A DNA stretch of 64,000 bases, taken from the NCBI GenBank assembly GCA_051530055.1, contig CM121341.1:8162784-8226783 (forward strand), written 5' to 3'. Under the pieces are notes generated by a model. The model did not search any database, was not told where the DNA came from, and saw nothing but the letters and a program-made list of their open reading frames with translations. The stretch's first letter is position 1; each line of letters starts with the position of its first letter. Shown here piece after piece: positions 1-12,900 of the stretch. The position numbers were made by a program, and so were the translations under genes. Source of the DNA: Neoechinorhynchus agilis. Its lineage: Eukaryota; Animalia; Acanthocephala.

Positions 1-2190
1 TGAACGAATTGAACAAAGCTTTTTTTCGATTAATGTAATTATAAATTAGAAAGTAGAATTTACATTCGTTAAGAAAAATAGCCTTTGATCGCTTATAATT
101 CTAAAATTGAACGAATTGAACAAAGCTTTTTTTCGACCAATCTAATTAATAATTGGAAAGTAGAATTTAAATTTGTTAAGAAAAATACTCTTTGATCGCT
201 TATAATTCTAAAATTGAACGAATTGAACAAATCTTTTTATCGACCAATTAAATTAATAATTAGAAAGTAGAATTTTAATTCATTTAGAAAAATAATCTTT
301 GATCGCTTATAATTCTAAAATTAAACGAATTGAACAAAGCTTTTTTCGACGAATGTAATTATAAATTAGAAAGTAGAATTTAAATTCGTTAAGAAAAATA
401 TCCTTTGATCGCTTATAATTCTAAAATTAAACGAATTGAACAAAGCTATTTTTCGACCAATTAAATTTTAATTAGAAAGTAGAATTTAAATTCGTTAAGA
501 AAAATACACTTTGATCGCTTATAATTCTAAAATTAAACGAATTGAACAAAGCTTTTTTAGACCAATTAAATTTTAATTAGAAAGTAGAATTTAAATTCGT
601 TAAGAAAAATACTCTTTGATCGCTTATAATTCTAAAATCGTCGAATTGAACAAACCTTTTTTTCGACCAATGTAATTATTAATTAGAAAGTAGAATTTAA
701 ATTCGTTAAGAAAAATACTCTTTGATCGCTTATAATTCTAAAATTGAACGAATTGAACAAAGCTTTTTTCGACAAATGTAATTATAAATTAGAAAGTAGA
801 ATTTAAATTCGTTAAGAAAAATACTCTTTGATCGCTTATAATTCTAAAATGTCGAATTGAACAAACCTTTTTTTCGACCAATGTAATTATAAATTAGAAA
901 GTAGAATTTACATTCGTTAAGAAAAATACCCTTTGATCGCTTATAATTCTAAAATTGAACGAATTGAACAAAGCTTTTTTTCGACCAATCTAATTAATAA
1001 TTGGAAAGTAGAATTTAAATTTGTTAAGAAAAATACTCTTTGATCGCTTATAATTCTAAAATTGAACGAATTGAACAAAGCTTTTTATCGACCAATTAAA
1101 TTAATAATTAGAAAGTAGAATTTTAATTCGTTAAGAAAAATACCCTTTGATCGCTTTTAATTCTAAAATTAAACGAATTGAACAAAGCTTTTTTTCGACC
1201 AATTAAATTTTAATAAGAAAGTAGAATTTAAATTCGTTAAGAAAAATATCCTTTGATCGCTTATAATTCTAAAATTGAACGAATTGAACAAAGCTTTTTC
1301 GACCAATGTAATTATAAATTAGAAAGTAGAATTTAAATTCGTTAACAAAAATACACTTTGATCGCTTATAATTCTAAAATTAAACGAATTGAACAAAGCT
1401 TTTTTAGACCAATTAAATTTTAATTAGAAAGTAGAATTTAAATTCGTTAAGAAAAATACTCTTTGATCGCTTATAATTCTAAAATCGTCGAATTGAACAA
1501 ACCTTTTTTTCGACCAATGTAATTATAAATTAGAAAGTAGAATTTAAATTCGTTAAGAAAAATACTCTTTGATCGCTTATAATTCTAAAATTGAACGAAT
1601 TGAACAAAGCTTTTTTCGACCAATGTAATTATAAATTAGAAAGTAGAATTTAAATTCGTTAAGAAAAATATCCTTTGATCGCTTATAATTCTAAAATTGA
1701 ACGAATTGAACAAAGCTTTTTCGACCAATGCAATTATAAATTAGAAAGTAGAATTTAAATTCGTTAAGAAAAATACCCTTTGATCGCTTATAATTCTAAA
1801 ATTGAACGAATTGAACAAAGCTTTTTTTCGACCAATGTAATTATAAATTAGAAAGTAGAATTTAAATTCGTTAAGAAAAATATCCTTTGATCGCTTATAA
1901 TTCTAAAATTGAACGAATTGAACAAAGCTTTTTCGACCAATGCAATTATAAATTAGAAAGTAGAATTTAAATTCGTTAAGAAAAATACCCTTTGATCGCT
2001 TATAATTCTAAAATTAAACGAATCGAACAAAGCTTTTTCGATTAATGTAATTATAAATTAGAAAGTAGAATTTACATTCGTTAAGAAAAATACCCTTTGA
2101 TCGCTTATAATTCTAAAATTGTCGAATTGAACAAACCTTTTTTCGACCAATGTAATTATAAATTAGAAAGTAGAATTTAAATTCGTTAAG
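1..2190. repeat. Tandem satellite, ~107 bp unit, ~20 copies (runs off the window start)
   Basis: TGAACGAATTGAACAAAGC...CTTTGATCGCTTATAATTCTAAAAT recurs at 1, 108 and onward to 2190 with only scattered variants. Confidence 0.97.
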
Positions 2191-2775
2191 TATTGAATTC
2201 GATATTTCAGAAGCACAATCTCATGATTTTATAAAGGTTGCTTGTAAGTTTTCTAGAGCTTGAATAGTACAGAACTTACAAGTAACCTTCATTGGCACAA
2301 GATTATAAGAGTTAATACGGTTTTTCATTAGGTTTTTGGATATTTCTCGTCTAAAATCACTTTCCCATCTTCATTACAACAAATCGCACCGACCTCTCTT
2401 TTTTTGTTTCTTCTTGGAACCGACCGAGTGCAGTTCACTTGCAACAATCAGAAGAATGTAAATTAGCGGAGAAGTGAAGAACATGAAGCTGCATATCCAC
2501 ATCACCGGCATATAATGTTCTCGTAAGGATGCCTACGCAAAACTAGATGCCAAGAGCTCAGCCGTCTCTTATGTTCATGTCTTTAGAGCAAAAAGTGGCA
2601 CAGATCAAATCTGTATTGGATCATGAGAGTGCCAGTCGCTATTTTAGGCTCCAATTGGTAAAGCGAATTGAAACGAAACACGAGCGCCTTGGGCGCGTTG
2701 TGAGTCTCTTTAGAAAAATGAAGCATGTAATGTGAGTTTCACGCCAGAACGAAGCGAACTGAATTACTAAATATG

Positions 2776-4340
2776 AGTTTACTTCGAGAAATCCCAATAA
2801 AAGAAGGAAAAATTTACACTTAAATTATGGGAAGGAACTTAATCTCACCACCAAAACTTCTAGAGAAAGTCTTATTGTTTAGAAGTCTTTACCCGGTAAA
2901 TAATTTTTGATTTAATTTTTATTTTAGAATTGATGGTGAACTCTAAAAGGTTTGGAGAACGTCTCTAATAAAACGTTCTCTACTCGTAAATCACCTAATC
3001 GACATGAGAATCATAGGCAAAACTTTTGTTTACTTCGAGAAATCCCGATAAAAGAAGGAAAAAACAAACTTAAATTATGTTAAATTGTTGCAGTGATTTT
3101 AAAAGAATTTTATCTCACCACCAAAAATCATATAAAAAGGCTCATTGTTTAGAAGTCTTTACCCGGTAAATAATTTTTGATTTAATTTTTATTTTAGAAC
3201 TGATGGTGAACTCTAAAAGGTTTGGAGAACGTCTCTAACAAAACGTTCTCTACTCGTAAATCACCTAATCGACATGAGAATCATAGGCAAAACTTTTGTT
3301 TACTTCGAGAAACCATAATAAAAGAAGGAAAAAAGAAGCTTAAATTATGTTAAATTGTTGCTGTGATTTTAAAAGAATTTTATCCCACCACCAAAACTTA
3401 TCAAAAAGTCTTTATCCGGTAAATAATTTTTGATTTAATTTCTATTGCAGAACTTCTCTAATAAAACGTTCTCTACTCGTAAATCACCTAATCGACATGA
3501 GAATCATAGGCAAAACTTTTGTTTACTTCGAAAAATCCCAATAAAAGAAAGAAAAAACAAGCTTAAATTATGTTAAATTGTTGCAGTAATTTTAAAAGAA
3601 TTTTATCTCACCACCAAAACTTATCAAAAAGTCTTTATCCGGTAAATAATTTTTGATTTAATTTCTATTGCAGAACTTCTCTAATAATACGTTCTCTACT
3701 CGTAAATCACCTAATCGACATGAGAATCATAGGCAAAACTTTTGTTTACTTCGAGAAACCATAATAAAAGAAGGAAAAAAGAAGCTTAAATTATGTTAAA
3801 TTGTTGCAGTGATTTTAAAAGAATTTTATCTCACCACCAAAAATCATATAAAAAGTCTCATTGTTTAGAAGTCTTTACCCGGTAAATAATTTTTGATTTA
3901 ATTTTTATTTTAGAACTGATGATGAACTCTAAAAGGTTTGGAGAACGTCTCTAACAAAACGTTCTCTATTCGTAAATCACTTAATCGACATGAGAATCAT
4001 AGGCAAAACTTTTGTTTACTTCGAGAAATCCCGATAAAAGAAGGAAAAAACAAACTTAAATTATGTTAAATTGCTGCAGTGATTTTAAAAGAATTTTATC
4101 TCACCACCAAAACCTCTAGAGAAAGTCTTTATCCGGTAAATAATTTTTGATTTAATTTCTATTGCAGAACTTCTCTAATAATACGTTCTCTACTCGTAAA
4201 TCACCTAATCGACATGAGAATCATAGGCAAAACTTTTGTTTACTTCGAAAAATCCCAATAAAAGAAAGAAAAAACAAGCTTAAATTATGTTAAATTGTTG
4301 CAGTGATTTTAAAAGAATTTTATCTCACAACCAAAACTTC
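2776..4340. repeat. Tandem repeat with long (~270 bp) and short (~223 bp) unit variants
   Basis: Anchor TTTACTTCGA at ~2778, 3029, 3299, 3522, 3745, 4015 and 4239 (spacings ~251, 270, 223, 223, 270, 224). Confidence 0.93.
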
Positions 4341-4789
4341 TAAAGATTGAGAAGTAAAAAGTTTAGCCACAAAACGAGGAAGCTTCTTAGATTCGACGGG
4401 GCGATGGAAAATCAATTAGTCCCGAAGTTTCGGATTTCTGATTTTTTTGCCCGGAATGGATCACGAACTTTAGTGAAACGCTCATCATGGCTAATTCGAT
4501 GCATCCTAACGAAAATTTAGTATTTGTTTCCTAATTTGTTAATCAAGTAAATAATTTTTTAGCTAAAGACCTTGATCTTACCTTAATCAAATCGCTGATT
4601 TTGATTAAGGTTCTAGAATGTTTTTTGTGCATTTGTTTTCTATTTGCACAGTGGGAATTAAGCGCTAATTAAATTACTATTACAACGGTCTTACAGAGAA
4701 AAACGAATCACTGCAAGCATTATTTCAGATTGGTGATAGATACAACAAATGTTACAAGTGAAAGCGTCTCATATACAAAATGTGTTCAC

Positions 4790-7700
4790 TCAATAAGACA
4801 CATTCGGATCTCCAGGATCCGGAGAACGGTCCGTCCTTCGTTGAAACTGACGGTTGGAATAATATAGAACAGGTCGGCCATTCGACCGCCGATTCGCAAC
4901 TATTGCTTCAGCCATTTCAGTTAACTCTGTAATAGCTGCAGTTATTGAATCGTCCGAATTACCCGTAACAACTACAATCTCCGGATGATTTTGATAAACA
5001 CTAAACCTTACATTGACCTTGTATTTGTGTCTAATTGCATTGACCACTCGTCCACGTACTCCAATCAGCATCGGGATCAGCTCAGGCATCACAACCATCT
5101 CTCGTGATAAAATTGGTTCTCCGAATTGAGAATCAATGCTTAATGACAAATCCTTTAGTCTCTTTTGGACTTCATCCGCCGTTCTGTAGCACATTTCAAG
5201 TGACGGGCAACGGACAACGATTCTCTCATTCGACCTATCGCCCTCTAAAGGAGGCAATCGAATTTCAAAATTGTACTGTCGACCAGCGTTAGGCACTGAA
5301 CGAACCAAATATTGCCTATTCGCGACCTCATGCGGAGAATTTGAAGCTTGTCTACTAGATGAGTTTCCTTCGACGGCCTCCTTAATCAGCTGTTCTGCTT
5401 TCTCCACCGAGACTCTTGTACCTTTGATTACTATATCGTCTCCTCGGTCCCGTGGAGGAAAAACAATATCGATAATGCCACTTTCTTGTCTTATGCGTCT
5501 AATCACCGATCCACGTCTTCCAAACACACGACCATGAAGCCGTGAAGGAATCGTAATCGTTTTCTCGAAAAAAGTGAGCGTTGTCAATATATTTAATGCT
5601 TCTGAACACTTTTCTCTATTACCGACTACATTTAAAAGCTGAATCGGATTAGAAATAAGTTCAATGTATACGTTTAAGTCTAGCTCAATCGGACGAAAGA
5701 TATTCCCAATATTCATCTTGATCTTTTGAGCGACTAAATTCGATATTACACGCTCGATTGCTACAGCATCTTTCCAATCGATCAACAATTCTAAAATTTT
5801 CGCCAATGCTGCGTCTACATTTTGCTCAGGACCGCAGACTCCAATGCGTTCTACAATATTGCGTTCTCCGATTACTGGCTCTACAAGGACATTATACATG
5901 GCACCCAAAGCTGTAACGTAAATTCGAAGACCGAATAATCGAGCAAAACTTTCCGGCTCCTTGATATCTATTACATTCACATATTTCTTGACAATAACAC
6001 CCAAACTGTCAACGACCTTTGCGATCTCGTCCACGGCCGCATCGGCATTTTCACCACCAACCAATACTCTGTCTTTATAAGCTCTATAATCAATTTGAAC
6101 TTGTAAACTATTGCGAACTCGATCGAACACGTGAGTGTTGTCATATTCCAAAATATATCGAACCATTTGATCGTTCAACATTATCTCTCTTACCTCTGGG
6201 TATACATTACCACCGTCCAATGCACTGGTAAGTGCATTCATGAAGATGTTCACATCTTCCTTGATACCAGTGAAACATATTGAATTCGATTCAATTTCTA
6301 GCTTTACCTTTACCGTATCGGGACATTTTTCAAAATGCTCGCTCCGGATACGATCATTACAGATGAATAAATCTGTTGTCAATGGCGGAATTACAAACTT
6401 TGCGTCCACAACTGAATCGATCAACTCGTCGATGGATTTTTGCGCTGCTAAGACGTTCTCCTCCTCGGTACCACGTATGACGATTTCAGTCGAATCGGAG
6501 TGGATTGGAGGGACTTGTATTATGACATTATTGTGCCGCCTTCTCAACGCGTTAATCGTTTTTCCGTTTCGTCCTACAATCAATCGATGGATGTCTTTTC
6601 TTACATCCATAACCTCCTTGAAATCTCCGGCTCCTGTAATTCCCAAAGTATCATAAATCTTTCTTATACAATCGTTAACTTGTGCACTTGATCCTCTCAC
6701 AATCACTTCTTCGTTGTATCGTTCATCAACACCTGGCACGTAAATATCTACGTGAAATTCTCGTTTTAAACCGCTGATAATTGAACCTTGTGGACCAATA
6801 AGCCGTCCGTGCAATCTTTTGCTAATTCGCAACTTCTCTATTATATCACTTTTTGTTCTCTCGATTATCAACATCAAATCTGCTCGTACAGAGTTGACGT
6901 TTGAAGACGATCCTTGAATTGTAATCTTCTTCTGGTCTCTATTATAACCGACGAGAACACTATTGGCTCTCATATACCGCTCGATGTTTTCCTTTCGAAA
7001 TCCAATAATAGCGATAACACCGGACTCGTCCACTCCTTCAATTTGCTGTTCGATAAAATCGTTGGCTAACGACATCATAAATGTATTTATATTGCCCACG
7101 ATAAAAGCAACCTGACTTCTTGGACCTTTGAACTTAACGTAGTCAGCGTCCCATTCAACTTGTAAACGTGACGGATCAATTTCGCTCATATCTTGAAGTC
7201 CGAAACTAACCTTTAAATACTCTATCATCATCGCTGGAATTTGAATGCTTTCTTCAATCGTCAAATTAGACTCTCGCTGAATAATCGTTAAAGCGTCAGA
7301 AAAACGGAAATTCTCAAATGCGATTAGTTCACAATGTTGTTGCCGACTTTGTCGATCAGGTATTCTTACAACAACTTCAGCCCCATCAAGGACTTTATGC
7401 CAGACGTAAAAATGATTGGCACGAATAACTGCTTGGATGTTTGGTGATAAATCAATGGTCATCGTGATTGGGTTCAGATTAGCGTATTTCTCATATAAAG
7501 CATTAAACAAATCCCGTGCTCGCTCACATGCATTTTGTTCACCTCTTAAGATTATTTCGTCTTCACCGAATATAACGTCTCGAAGACCAATACCAATGGT
7601 GTCCTTCAGCTCGTTAAAGTTCTTATTGAACCCACCTTTGATCCAAGGGATGTAGGATGTCCGTATTTTAACAATCACGGTACTCATTTCGGACTCTTGC

Positions 7701-8134
7701 TGCAGCAACGTCCTTATAGCTTCCAGTGCTTGTGCTTGTGTACTTGGATTGGCAAATCTAGCGAGAAACTCCGGTCTACGATGAGACGCATTGATTGCAA
7801 GTATATTACAGTCATATTTCTCCTCAATTGGAACCATTTTACAACTTATATCGCTCAGTGCTTGTGTAGGAATTGTTGAAGGAACTGGCAAACGTTCCGC
7901 GATGGTTAGACTTAACAGAAGTGCGTTTCGGGCTTTCTGTACAATTGATGGCGTACTGGATTGAACAGTTAAAACGATATTTCCTCTTTCATTTGTATGG
8001 CGATTTATCGTCACTTCATATTGGTGCTCGATTGCTTTGATTTGTGCGTTCTGCTTCTCTTGATTATTTTCAATTAGTCGATCAATTGGAATTATGATTG
8101 ACATGGTAATCGAATGCTCGCTTGTATTGCTCAT
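4790..8134 (-). CDS. HDLBP: Vigilin/HDLBP-like multi-KH RNA-binding protein, paralog A (single long ORF; likely start MSNTSEH at 8134)
   Basis: Repeated KH motifs (HGRLIGPQG, HRLIVGRNG, HGRVFGRRG, PMLIGVRG). Colinear with the + strand paralog at 17741. The track start at 8167 is a TTG; the ATG at 8134 follows a TTTTCTTCAG acceptor-like site. Confidence 0.88.
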   Translation of the reverse strand: MSNTSEHSITMSIIIPIDRLIENNQEKQNAQIKAIEHQYEVTINRHTNERGNIVLTVQSSTPSIVQKARNALLLSLTIAERLPVPSTIPTQALSDISCKMVPIEEKYDCNILAINASHRRPEFLARFANPSTQAQALEAIRTLLQQESEMSTVIVKIRTSYIPWIKGGFNKNFNELKDTIGIGLRDVIFGEDEIILRGEQNACERARDLFNALYEKYANLNPITMTIDLSPNIQAVIRANHFYVWHKVLDGAEVVVRIPDRQSRQQHCELIAFENFRFSDALTIIQRESNLTIEESIQIPAMMIEYLKVSFGLQDMSEIDPSRLQVEWDADYVKFKGPRSQVAFIVGNINTFMMSLANDFIEQQIEGVDESGVIAIIGFRKENIERYMRANSVLVGYNRDQKKITIQGSSSNVNSVRADLMLIIERTKSDIIEKLRISKRLHGRLIGPQGSIISGLKREFHVDIYVPGVDERYNEEVIVRGSSAQVNDCIRKIYDTLGITGAGDFKEVMDVRKDIHRLIVGRNGKTINALRRRHNNVIIQVPPIHSDSTEIVIRGTEEENVLAAQKSIDELIDSVVDAKFVIPPLTTDLFICNDRIRSEHFEKCPDTVKVKLEIESNSICFTGIKEDVNIFMNALTSALDGGNVYPEVREIMLNDQMVRYILEYDNTHVFDRVRNSLQVQIDYRAYKDRVLVGGENADAAVDEIAKVVDSLGVIVKKYVNVIDIKEPESFARLFGLRIYVTALGAMYNVLVEPVIGERNIVERIGVCGPEQNVDAALAKILELLIDWKDAVAIERVISNLVAQKIKMNIGNIFRPIELDLNVYIELISNPIQLLNVVGNREKCSEALNILTTLTFFEKTITIPSRLHGRVFGRRGSVIRRIRQESGIIDIVFPPRDRGDDIVIKGTRVSVEKAEQLIKEAVEGNSSSRQASNSPHEVANRQYLVRSVPNAGRQYNFEIRLPPLEGDRSNERIVVRCPSLEMCYRTADEVQKRLKDLSLSIDSQFGEPILSREMVVMPELIPMLIGVRGRVVNAIRHKYKVNVRFSVYQNHPEIVVVTGNSDDSITAAITELTEMAEAIVANRRSNGRPVLYYSNRQFQRRTDRSPDPGDPNVSY

Positions 8135-8734
8135 TATCTGAAGAAAAAGCATAAAGTCACAATACAATCAATTTAAAAGAAATAGTTTTTTATAGAGAAA
8201 AGCAAGACTTTAGTCCTCCACACCAGTGTCCATATCACGGATAAATTTGGACAATTTAAACCAATAACCACAGATGCAGAAATCAATAACACGTGGAACT
8301 ATGAAAGCAAATTCACGAGTGTTGAACACTGAACACACGCCGTCCTCAATGATTTCCCATTCGCTTACCTCAATGATTCCCAAAATACGTTCAAGAAACG
8401 AGTTTCTATTTAAATTGCTGCCAAACTATAACGTACTAAACATCGTTTCAGTGTACCATGACGACAAACGGATTTTTGTGCTAAATGTTTTGAATAGTCA
8501 AATTCTTTATTTCTTTTAACACAAACAATAAACTGTAAAAGAGCTGTCGCGTTCAAATTAAAACTGCCGTTATAAAGATTAAACTTATATTCTAGTCACT
8601 GTGTCGAATTAAAATCCTCATTTTTGTATTGGCGTATCAAATTAAAACGCACTAATAAAAATCTTTTTCGTGCCTTAAAAATATCCAAAAAAAGTTAAAA
8701 AACGGTCCAAAAATTTTAAAGCGCTTTTTAACAG

Positions 8735-9655
8735 TTTGAGCGTAAAAATGGAAACAAATGATACAAACAGAAAGGTTCAATTAATTCGAAAAATTTCCGA
8801 GAGAGAAAAGACGTAATTTTAAACTATTAAAAATCTAACAAAATCCATGAAAACGTTCCAATTTCTTCATTAAAATGTAACCAAATGATACAATGCGAAA
8901 AGCTTAATTAATTCGAAAAATTTCTGGCAAAGAAAAAGGCGTAATGTTAAACTATTAAAAGCAGAAAATCTTAGAGGAAAAAAGACGTAATTTTAAACAA
9001 TTAAAATTCTAAATAAATCGATGAAAATGTTTAAATTTCTTAACCAAATGTAGCCAAATGACACAATGAGCAATGCTCAATTAATTCGAAAAATCTCCGA
9101 AAAGGAAAAAACGTAATTTTAAAAAATAAAAAATCTAACAAAATCAATGAAAACCTTCAAATTTCTTCATTAAAATGTAACCAAATGATACAATGCGAAA
9201 AGTTTAATTAATTCGAAAAATCTCCGAGAGAGAAAACACGTAATTTTAAACTATTAAAAATCTAACAAAATCCATGAAAACGTTCCAATTTCTTCATTAA
9301 AATGTAACCAAATGATACAATGCGAAAAGTTTAATTAATTCGAAAAATTTAAGGCAAAGAAAAAGGCGTAATTTTAAACTATTAAAAGCAGAAAATCTAA
9401 AAGGAGAAAAGACGTAATTTTAAACAATAAAAAAATCTAAATAAATCGATGAATATGTTTAAATTTCTTAATAAAATGTAACCAAACGATACAATGAGCA
9501 ATGCTTAATTAATTCGAAAAATCACCGAGAGAGAAAAGACGTAATTTTAAACAATAAAAAATATAACAAAATCCACGAAAACCTTCAAATTTCGTCATAA
9601 AAATGTAACGAAATTATACAACGAGCAATGCTCAATAAATTCGACAAATCTCAAA
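8735..9655. repeat. Diverged tandem repeat with ~127 bp and ~173 bp units
   Basis: Anchor TTCGAAAAAT (last copy TTCGAC) at ~8785, 8912, 9085, 9212, 9339, 9513 and 9640. Confidence 0.88.
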
Positions 9656-9949
9656 AATTATATAGTTCTCAGATAAGATATATCGGAACGAGTGGATTAA
9701 ATAGTTTTTTTCAGGTTAATGTGGGAATTTTTCAATTATTGGGAACCGCTGCTGTGGAGCAATTGATTTTTTAACTTTTGTATGAACGTACGCAACAGCG
9801 AGAAGACGTCCTCGTCCGATTTGAAGAACATTGTCCTTCATTTCGATGAGATTTTGAAGTTCTCTGCATATTTCTTTGTTTTGGATTAGTGGTGAAAGAG
9901 TTGCGAGTTCCTCGGTAGCTTCTACGAGATGATTTTTAAACGATCGGAA

Positions 9950-12900
9950 AAAGTCGGCTCCCCATTTTTCCCGATTTAAAGAAATTTGGAATCATTACGA
10001 GACATTTCCACCAGTTTTAAAGCTGAAAAAGCTGCGATTGTTGTCGTGTACAAGACTGGGCTACGGCGAACATCCTCAAATGCGTAACGAAGATAATTTC
10101 TAAGATATTTGATCATCTAAAAACCGTTTTTTGGAATTTTGCGTAAACTTCTCAAGAAATTCGGCTTTTTTCCCCGATTTGAAGAAACTCGGACTCATTA
10201 CGAAACATTTCAAAATGTTTGATAGTTGAAAAAGCTGCGATTGTTTTTGTTGGGCACCGGAACGCGTCCTTATCAGAATGAGAATAATTTCTCGGATATT
10301 TGCACACCTCAAACGGCTTTTTCGGGAATTTTGTGTAAGTTTCTCGAGAAATTCGGCCATTTCCCCCATTTGAAGAAACTCGGAGTCATTACGCGACATT
10401 TCCACCAGTTTTGAAGCTGAAAAAGCTGTGATTGATGTCGTGTACAAGACTGGGCTACGGCGAACATCCTCAAATGCGTAACGAAGATAATTTCTAAGAT
10501 ATTTGATCATCTAAAAACCGTTTTTTGGAATTTTGCGTAAACTTCTCAAGAAATTCGGCTTTTTTCCCCGATTTGAAGAAACTCGGACTCATTACGAAAC
10601 ATTTCAAAATGTTTGACAGTTGAAAAAGCTGCGATTGTTTTTGGGCACCGGCACGCGTCCTTATCAGAATGAGAATAATTTCTCGGATATTTGCACACCT
10701 CAAACGGCTTTTTCGGGAATTTTGTGTAAGTTTCTCGAGAAATTCGGCCATTTCCCCCATTTGAAGAAACTCGGAGTCATTACGCGACATTTCCACCAGT
10801 TTTGAAGCTGAAAAAGCTGTGATTGATGTCGTGTACAAGACTGGGCTACGGCGAACATCCTCAAATGCGTAACGAAGATAATTTCTAAGATATTTGATCA
10901 TCTAAAAACCGTTTTTTGGAATTTTGCGTAAACTTCTCAAGAAATTCGGCTTTTTTCCCCGATTTGAAGAAACTCGGACTCATTACGAAACATTTCAAAA
11001 TGTTTGATAGTTGAAAAAGCTGCGATTGTTTTTGTTGGGCACCGGAACGCGTCCTTATCAGAATGAGAATAATTTCTCGGATATTTGCACACCTCAAACG
11101 GCTTTTTCGGGAATTTTGTGTAAGTTTCTCGAGAAATTCGGCCATTTCCCCCATTTGAAGAAACTCGGAGTCATTACGCGACATTTCCACCAGTTTTGAA
11201 GCTGAAAAAGCTGTGATTGATGTCGTGTACAAGACTGGGCTACGGCGAACATCCTCAAATGCGTAACGAAGATAATTTCTAAGATATTTGATCATCTAAA
11301 AACCGTTTTTGGAATTTTGCGTAAACTTCTCAAGAAATTCGGCTCTTTTTCCCCGATTTGAAGAAACTCGGACTCATTACGAAACATTTCAAAATGTTTG
11401 ACAGTTGAAAAAGCTGCGATTGTTTTTGTTGGGCACCGGCACGCGTCCTTATCAGAATGAGAATAATTTCTCGGATATTTGCACACCTCAAACGGCTTTT
11501 TCGGGAATTTTGTGTAAGTTTCTCGAGAAATTCGGCCATTTCCCCCATTTGAAGAAACTCGGAGTCATTACGCGACATTTCCACCAGTTTTGAAGCTGAA
11601 AAAGCTGTGATTGATGTCGTGTACAAGACTGGGCTACGGCGAACATCCTCAAATGCGTAACGAAGATAATTTCTAAGATATTTGATCATCTAAAAACCGC
11701 TTTTTGGAATTTTGCGTAAACTCTAAGAAATTCGGCTCTTTTTCCCCGATTTGAAGAAACTCGGACTCATTACGAAACATTTCAAAATGTTTGACAGTTG
11801 AAAAAGCTGCGATTGTTTTTGTTGGGCACCGGAACGCGTCCTTATCAGAATGAGAATAATTTCTCGGATATTTGCACACCTCAAACGGCTTTTTCGGGAA
11901 TTTTGTGTAAGTTTCTCGAGAAATTCGGCCATTTCCCCCATTTGAAGAAACTCGGAGTCATTACGCGACATTTCCACCAGTTTTGAAGCTGAAAAAGCTG
12001 TGATTGATGTCGTGTACAAGACTGGGCTACGGCGAACATCCTCAAATGCGTAACGAAGATAATTTCTAAGATATTTGATCATCTAAAAACCGTTTTTGGA
12101 ATTTTGCGTAAACTTCTCAAGAAATTCGGCTCTTTTTCCCCGATTTGAAGAAACTCGGACTCATTACGAAACATTTCAAAATGTTTGACAGTTGAAAAAG
12201 CTGCGATTGTTTTTGTTGGGCACCGGCACGCGTCCTTATCAGAATGAGAATAATTTCTCGGATATTTGCACACCTCAAACGGCTTTTTCGGGAATTTTGT
12301 GTAAGTTTCTCGAGAAATTCGGCCATTTCCCCCATTTGAAGAAACTCGGAGTCATTACGCGACATTTCCACCAGTTTTGAAGCTGAAAAAGCTGTGATTG
12401 ATGTCGTGTACAAGACTGGGCTACGGCGACATCCTCAAATGCGTAACGAAGATAATTTCTAAGATATTTGAACATCTAAAAACCGCTTTTTGGAATTTTG
12501 CGTAAACTTCTCAAGAAATTCGGCTCTTTTTCCCCGATTTGAAGAAACTCGGACTCATTACGAAACATTTCAAAATGTTTGACAGTTGAAAAAGCTGCGA
12601 TTGTTTTTGTTGGGCACCGGCACGCGTCCTTATCAGAATGAGAATAATTTCTCGGATATTTGCACACCTCAAACGGCTTTTTCGGGAATTTTGTGTAAGT
12701 TTCTCGAGAAATTCGGCCATTTCCCCCATTTGAAGAAACTCGGAGTCATTACGCGACATTTCCACCAGTTTTGAAGCTGAAAAAGCTGTGATTGATGTCG
12801 TGTACAAGACTGGGCTACGGCGAACATCCTCAAATGCGTAACGAAGATAATTTCTAAGATATTTGATCATCTAAAAACCGCTTTTTGGAATTTTGCGTAA

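Noticed and set aside
2400-2760. Coding-like patch (track ORF 2547-2735)
   Set aside because: Short, with stops in neighbouring frames and no recognisable motif; possibly TE debris.
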